From Yuukianura sp. NJ FZ-2021 (lineage: Eukaryota): a stretch of 64,000 nt of DNA. The translations under genes were made by a program, and so were the position numbers. The DNA lies in the NCBI GenBank assembly GCA_046563655.1, contig CM102289.1, positions 3,224,001 to 3,288,000 on the forward strand, given 5' to 3'. How positions within the stretch are numbered: position 1 is the stretch's first letter; each line of letters begins with the position of its first letter. Positions 58,848-64,000 of the stretch are shown here, in pieces. The notes below the pieces were generated by a model. The model saw nothing but the letters and a program-made list of their open reading frames with translations. It was not told the DNA's origin and did no database searches.

Positions 58848-61241
58848 ATGGCGTACTCATGGTCTATGATGGTCTATTTCTGCCTCTTAGCAACAGTTCT
58901 AGCTCTATCGAAGGTCAAAGGTCAAGAGGTTACGAACTATGAAGGATACCAAGTTGTGAGAGTGGAAACAGCAACGCCAGAAGCATACGAACAAATTAGA
59001 AAAATTCACTCGACAGGAAAGTTCGATTTTTGGAATGAACCGCGCGAAAATTCATTCGCAGACATTATGACTCCGCCAAACTTCGCCGATGCTCTCAAAA
59101 CTTCTTTGGCGAGTTCCGGCATTCCACATAGCGTAGTCATCGAAAACGTTCAAACGTACGTCAAGCCGAACTTCAAAACTCATTTTATTTTAAATCGATT
59201 TGATTTTATACATTTAAGGCAATAGGAAAGGACAATAATTTGTTCTGCAATTTTAAACTTCGTAAACTTAGAGCAATTGATGCCGAGAAGATTGAAGAGA
59301 TTGGGATCGCAAGTAACAAAATGGACTGGAAACGGTACCACAGGATTGAAACGGTAACATAAATACTAACTGTGTTTAAACTAAAAACAGCTTGATCTAA
59401 AACCAGCTTTGTAAAGAAACAATATTCATTTTAAGATTCATCAATGGATTGACACAATGGCTGATGAAAATCCGTCACTTGTAACGGCATTTACGTATGG
59501 AAAATCATCTGAAGGCAGAGACATGAAAGGCTTGAAAATTTCTACTGCACCAAATGGTGAGCAGCGTCTAGCGATTTGGATCGATGGCGGTATTCATGCC
59601 AGAGAATGGATTTCGCCCGGTAAATTTATAAAAAAAAAACAACATTTTTACAAATCTACTATTTCAAAATTTTGTTTTTAGCCACCGTATCTTACATGGC
59701 AAATGAATTGGTTGTCCAAGCTAACAGTGGAGTCGTCCAGCAACTTTTGCAAATATTTGACTTTTACATTGTACCGTCGTTGAACCCAGGTACTACTTAT
59801 ATTAATATTGAAATCGTGAAAAATTCTGAGTTGAATTTGTGTTTTATTGAAAAGTACTTCTCAGCATTACTTTAAAATCCGCTGCGTATACTTACCGTTC
59901 TATATTTTGTTATTCAGATGGATATGCTCATACAATGGCACCGATTACAGGGGCATGACTCAACCAAAATTTTGGAAACAAAAATAATTTTTTTTACAAA
60001 TTAGCGCATAGTTTTAAATGAAAAAAATTTGTTTCTGAACAGAACCGGATGTGGAGAAAGACTCGATCATCCCCAAAAGAAAAGAACATTGACAATTGGT
60101 TTGGACTATGCAAAGGAGTAGATCCAAATCGAAATTGGGACTACAAATGGGGAGGTACATTTCAAATTGAATACTATAATTAGCAGTTAATTATATAAAA
60201 TATATATCCTCATGATTGTAATACTTTGACATGTGTTATACGCCATTTTACTGTTGTAGGGAAGGGAACTTCAGACAAACCTTGCGATAATACTTACCGA
60301 GGTGAAAAACCTGCCTCTGAACCAGAAGTTTCCTCAACTCAAAATTTCATTTTGAGTATCAAAGATCGCCTAAAATTGTTTTGGACGGTTCACAGCTATT
60401 CTCAGGTACTGCAGCATTATGTTTTTAATGTTGCACAAAATTTCAGTCAAAAAAGATTTTAATGAATCTTTTCTTCAATTTCATCTTAAAAGATACTTTT
60501 ACTGCCATGGAGTTACGATAAAGTGCGAGCTGATGACCACGAGCAGCTGGTAATGTTTAAATAATAAGTTTCAATTTTGAATTGCTCAGTATAAAGTTAA
60601 TTAAATAACAAGTATCATTATAAAGAAGTATTTACAAGATGATAACATTTGTATATCTTATTCGATTAAGATGAAAGTTGGAAACAGATCATTAGAAGCG
60701 TTGGAGAAACCTTATGGCACAAAGTACACTATTGGAAATACAGCCGAAATTCTTTATCCCGCTGCTGGAGGTACATTATTTAATTGCAAATTGTTAACAA
60801 AACAAAAATACAATAATTTATCAAAATATCGCAGAGGAATAGAATTTGCTTAATTTTACTCAGATTTACACAATGCTAAAAATTGTTACAAATTGCAAGA
60901 GGTACTCGAAGTTACAGCAAAGCAGATAGAGTTTTGTAAGGTAGCAAATAATTTTTTTCTAGGTAGCTTTGATTGGGCAAAAGCTGTCGCGGGCGTGGCT
61001 TATTCTTATGGCTGGGAATTGAGGGACAAAGGAAGGTATAACTTTTTAAAATTTTTGAATCGGGTCACACTACATTTCTTAACAAAAGAAAAAGTCCAGG
61101 CTAATTTGTTTTTGATTTTGTTGTAGATATGGATTTTTACTTCCGGCAAATCAAATAATTCCTTCTGGAATAGAAACATTTGAAGCGTTGAAAACCATGG
61201 CAATGGATATTGCTACCATCTACGCTCCAGGACGCGCATGA
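58848..61241 (+). CDS. M14A zinc carboxypeptidase with signal peptide and propeptide
   Basis: Multi-exon; DGGIHAREWISP, NRMWRKTRS, GVDPNRNW, TVHSYSQ, LYPAAGGSFDW, WELRDKGRYGFLLPA. Confidence 0.94.
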
Positions 61242-62158
61242 TCCGGCCCATGGTTACTGCAAAAGTATTTTGATTGATTCAAATAAGCTTGGTAATCACA
61301 TTGGCCATTCAAAATAGCAGTGTAAATGGAAAAAAATATTTGAGCCTTTCTTGAATATCACATTCTAGCCATTTTTAAATATTTGTTTGGGAAATAAACA
61401 TAAAACTGCATATGATGACGTATCAATCTGAAAAATAGATTGAACATAGTTCCAGTAGTTCCAGAGGTATTATGACAAGCGGACAGACAGACACGGGCAA
61501 AACAATAAAGTATCGAATACTCCAACGACTTACGATAATTTATAAAGGTAAATTCAGTGTAAAGTCGTCGCATCTCTGCCTTTCTTCTTGTATTCAAGAA
61601 GCTCATCGGATGCCAGGGTAATTTTACCAAATGTTTCAAAATGAATTTAAAGTTAACCGAAAAAATCTGCGCTAAAATTTTGACGTAAGGAATCATGTGA
61701 ATTATGCATGAAAGATAAATGTAAAGATGAAGTTTCAAAACAGACCGATGGTTAATGTAAACGTGCATATAATTTGGTAATCTGAAAATCGTGAAGAGCA
61801 ATACATACAACATTAATGCAGTGAATAGGAATACGACAAACATCAGTAATTTTTGGCATTAATTTTTACAAAATTGTGTCTTTTTTTTTTTATAAAATCA
61901 TGTGAAGAGAGACTCTTCTTTTCGATTTATTTGCTACGCCTTGTAATAAATGTATGTCCAAAATCAATCAGAATATTGATTCCGTAGATGAGATTTGTAA
62001 TCCAAACATTCCGTAATTTTGGAATTCTGTGCCTGAGCATCATTATGACCAAAACTATGACGAACAACGTGGTGGCGTCTTAAAAATTTCTAAATGGTAA
62101 TTCAATTCTAAAGTTGGATTGCCATTGTGAGGTGTAATAGAATTAAAGAAAAGGGAAA

Positions 62159-64000
62159 ATGAAGGAAACAAGCAACAAGGAAGAGGATTTTAAGACTTCG
62201 GTTGAAGAAGCGATGAAAGTTGAAGACTTGTACATGGAATTAGGTATGACAAAAAATAAATGTCATTAAATAACTAAAACTAATTATAATTAGAAATTAT
62301 AGTAACGCTAATTGGATAGTTTCATGAAATGTATTTCAAGTTAAACTTGCTTGGTCTATTGTTTGTTACAGGGGATTACTCGTGGTTTCAATTCCTGGTT
62401 ACGGTGATACTAACCTTCCCACAAGTACCTTCTGGTATGCTTGCCGTTTCTCCTGTATTTGTCTCTACAAGCCGAGTATTATTCAGTTGCGCAGACGCCA
62501 AGAATGCGACGCAAGGAAAGTTATTTCTGGGAACTGATCCAGAGCTATGTTCCAGCAATTGTTCCAACATCGTCGCCACTGGCACGCGTGACAGCTTTAC
62601 GTCAATTGTTCAAGAAGTAAAATTTAACACCAAAAATGTCAATTTTGCATCATATTAAAAGGATTGAGCTGAACTTTGTTCTCACTTTAGTGGAATCTTG
62701 TATGCGATGAAGCGTGGATGGCGGATGCTTTAACAAGCTTTCAAATGGTAAAATATGGGCGTTAGAATTTTTTCGTTTTAAAAAAACTCTGTTAATTTAT
62801 TTATATTAGTTCGGAATGATGTCAGGGTGCGTCGTTGGATCTTTTCTTGCTGACCGGTAAAATCATTTCAGACGCATACTGAAATTTCAAACAGTGATTA
62901 ATAGTTAGCGTTTGCTCTAGAAAATTAAGAGCACAATTACTCCAAATAATTGCTCCAAAAATTTTTGTCATGAAATTCTAGATTTGGGCGAAAACCGTCT
63001 TACTTTTGTACAACGTTGCTAATGGCCCTGTTTGGTATTGCGTCGGGACTGGCACCTAACGTTTACATGTACGCCCTGTGCAGATATTTCACGGGTCTGT
63101 TTTGCGGTGCGTTCTACGTTGTGTACAGCGTCTACTTAATTGAGTTTCTTACGCCGTCGTGGCGGACGATTTGTGGATGCGTAAGCATTTGGTTTTTGGG
63201 GGAAATGCTCCTGAGTTTGTCCGCGTACTTGGTGCCTCACTGGAGACTTCTAACAATAATCACAGCTTCACCAGCGCTTCTTGTGTTATTGGCGTTCTGG
63301 TAAAGGATTTAATTTATGTATAGCTGCATATCAATAGTTGATTCACTTAAACAAGCATTTTTCTGCATATTGTTTTGTAGGATACTTCCAGAAAGCCCAC
63401 GTTTCCTTCTTCACAGAGGTCAAACGGCAAAAGCGAAGGAAGTATTTGACCAAATCGCTCGCTACAACTCACGCTCTACCATAAGCATGGAAAAAATAAA
63501 AAAATTGCAGGAAACGTACCAAAGCAAAGACATTGACTCCACAGAACAAAACGTTGGATTCTTCAATTTCCTTGGCTCACTCACAGAATGGATTCGCCTT
63601 TTTATTTTCATTTGGATTTGGTTTTCAGTCGCTTTGGTTTACTACGGAATTACTTTTAACACAAAAAACTTCAGTGGAAATGCATACATGAACGTACTGT
63701 TCATGGCACTCGTAGACATGCCATCATTTCCTTCTGGCGCCGTATTCAACAACTGGTACCTCAAAAAAACTATGAAAGAAGAAATTTTTCATTTTTTGAA
63801 AATATTTTTAAACTTAGGTTGGGCCGAAAGCGAACGTTTTCCTTTTTACTTCTGTTTGGGACAATTTTTCTGGCAAGTATCCTGGTGTTGGAAGAATTTA
63901 TTCAGTTGCATAATTGGCCAACTCTGCTCACAATTCTCTGTTACGTTGGTCGATTTGGAATTGCGGGAGCGTTTGGAGTTGCATTTTGTTACACTGCTGA
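62159..64000 (+). CDS. SLC22-like organic cation transporter (MFS), truncated by window end
   Basis: Exons in phase giving GDYSWFQ, SIVQEWNLVC, LADRFGRK, YLIEFLTPSWR, PESPRFL, LGRKRT motifs. Confidence 0.92.

Noticed and set aside
61358..61843. 161-aa hydrophobic ORF on the minus strand
   Set aside because: No recognisable motif, AT-biased composition; cannot be supported without expression data.

Overview
AT-rich eukaryotic DNA with many short GT-AG introns. It is most likely an arthropod (dpr-family Ig gene, TTAGG-containing repeats, ecdysone-type elements); the species cannot be identified from sequence alone. 1-25.9 kb is a gene-poor region upstream of a dpr-like Ig gene, holding one orphan two-exon gene, a spliced P-element transposase remnant, TA-flanked MITEs and many nuclear-receptor/E2F-like motifs. 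26-64 kb is gene-dense: dpr-like Ig protein, a head-to-head pair of unknown paralogues, PIAS/Su(var)2-10 with an intron-containing DD41D (rosa/Visitor) transposon just upstream of its ATG, TXNDC17, three tandem intronless SAM-methyltransferase genes (one with a nonsense codon), an orphan membrane protein, an SLC1 transporter with altered ion-coupling residues, an orphan GPCR, a Cys-rich secreted protein, a Mutator-type MITE, a nicotinic receptor alpha-like subunit with a non-canonical pore, an M14 carboxypeptidase and a truncated SLC22 transporter. No CRISPR array, rRNA or tRNA is supported. Exon structures were assembled by hand from splice sites and frame continuity; family calls rest on recognised motifs, not database searches.
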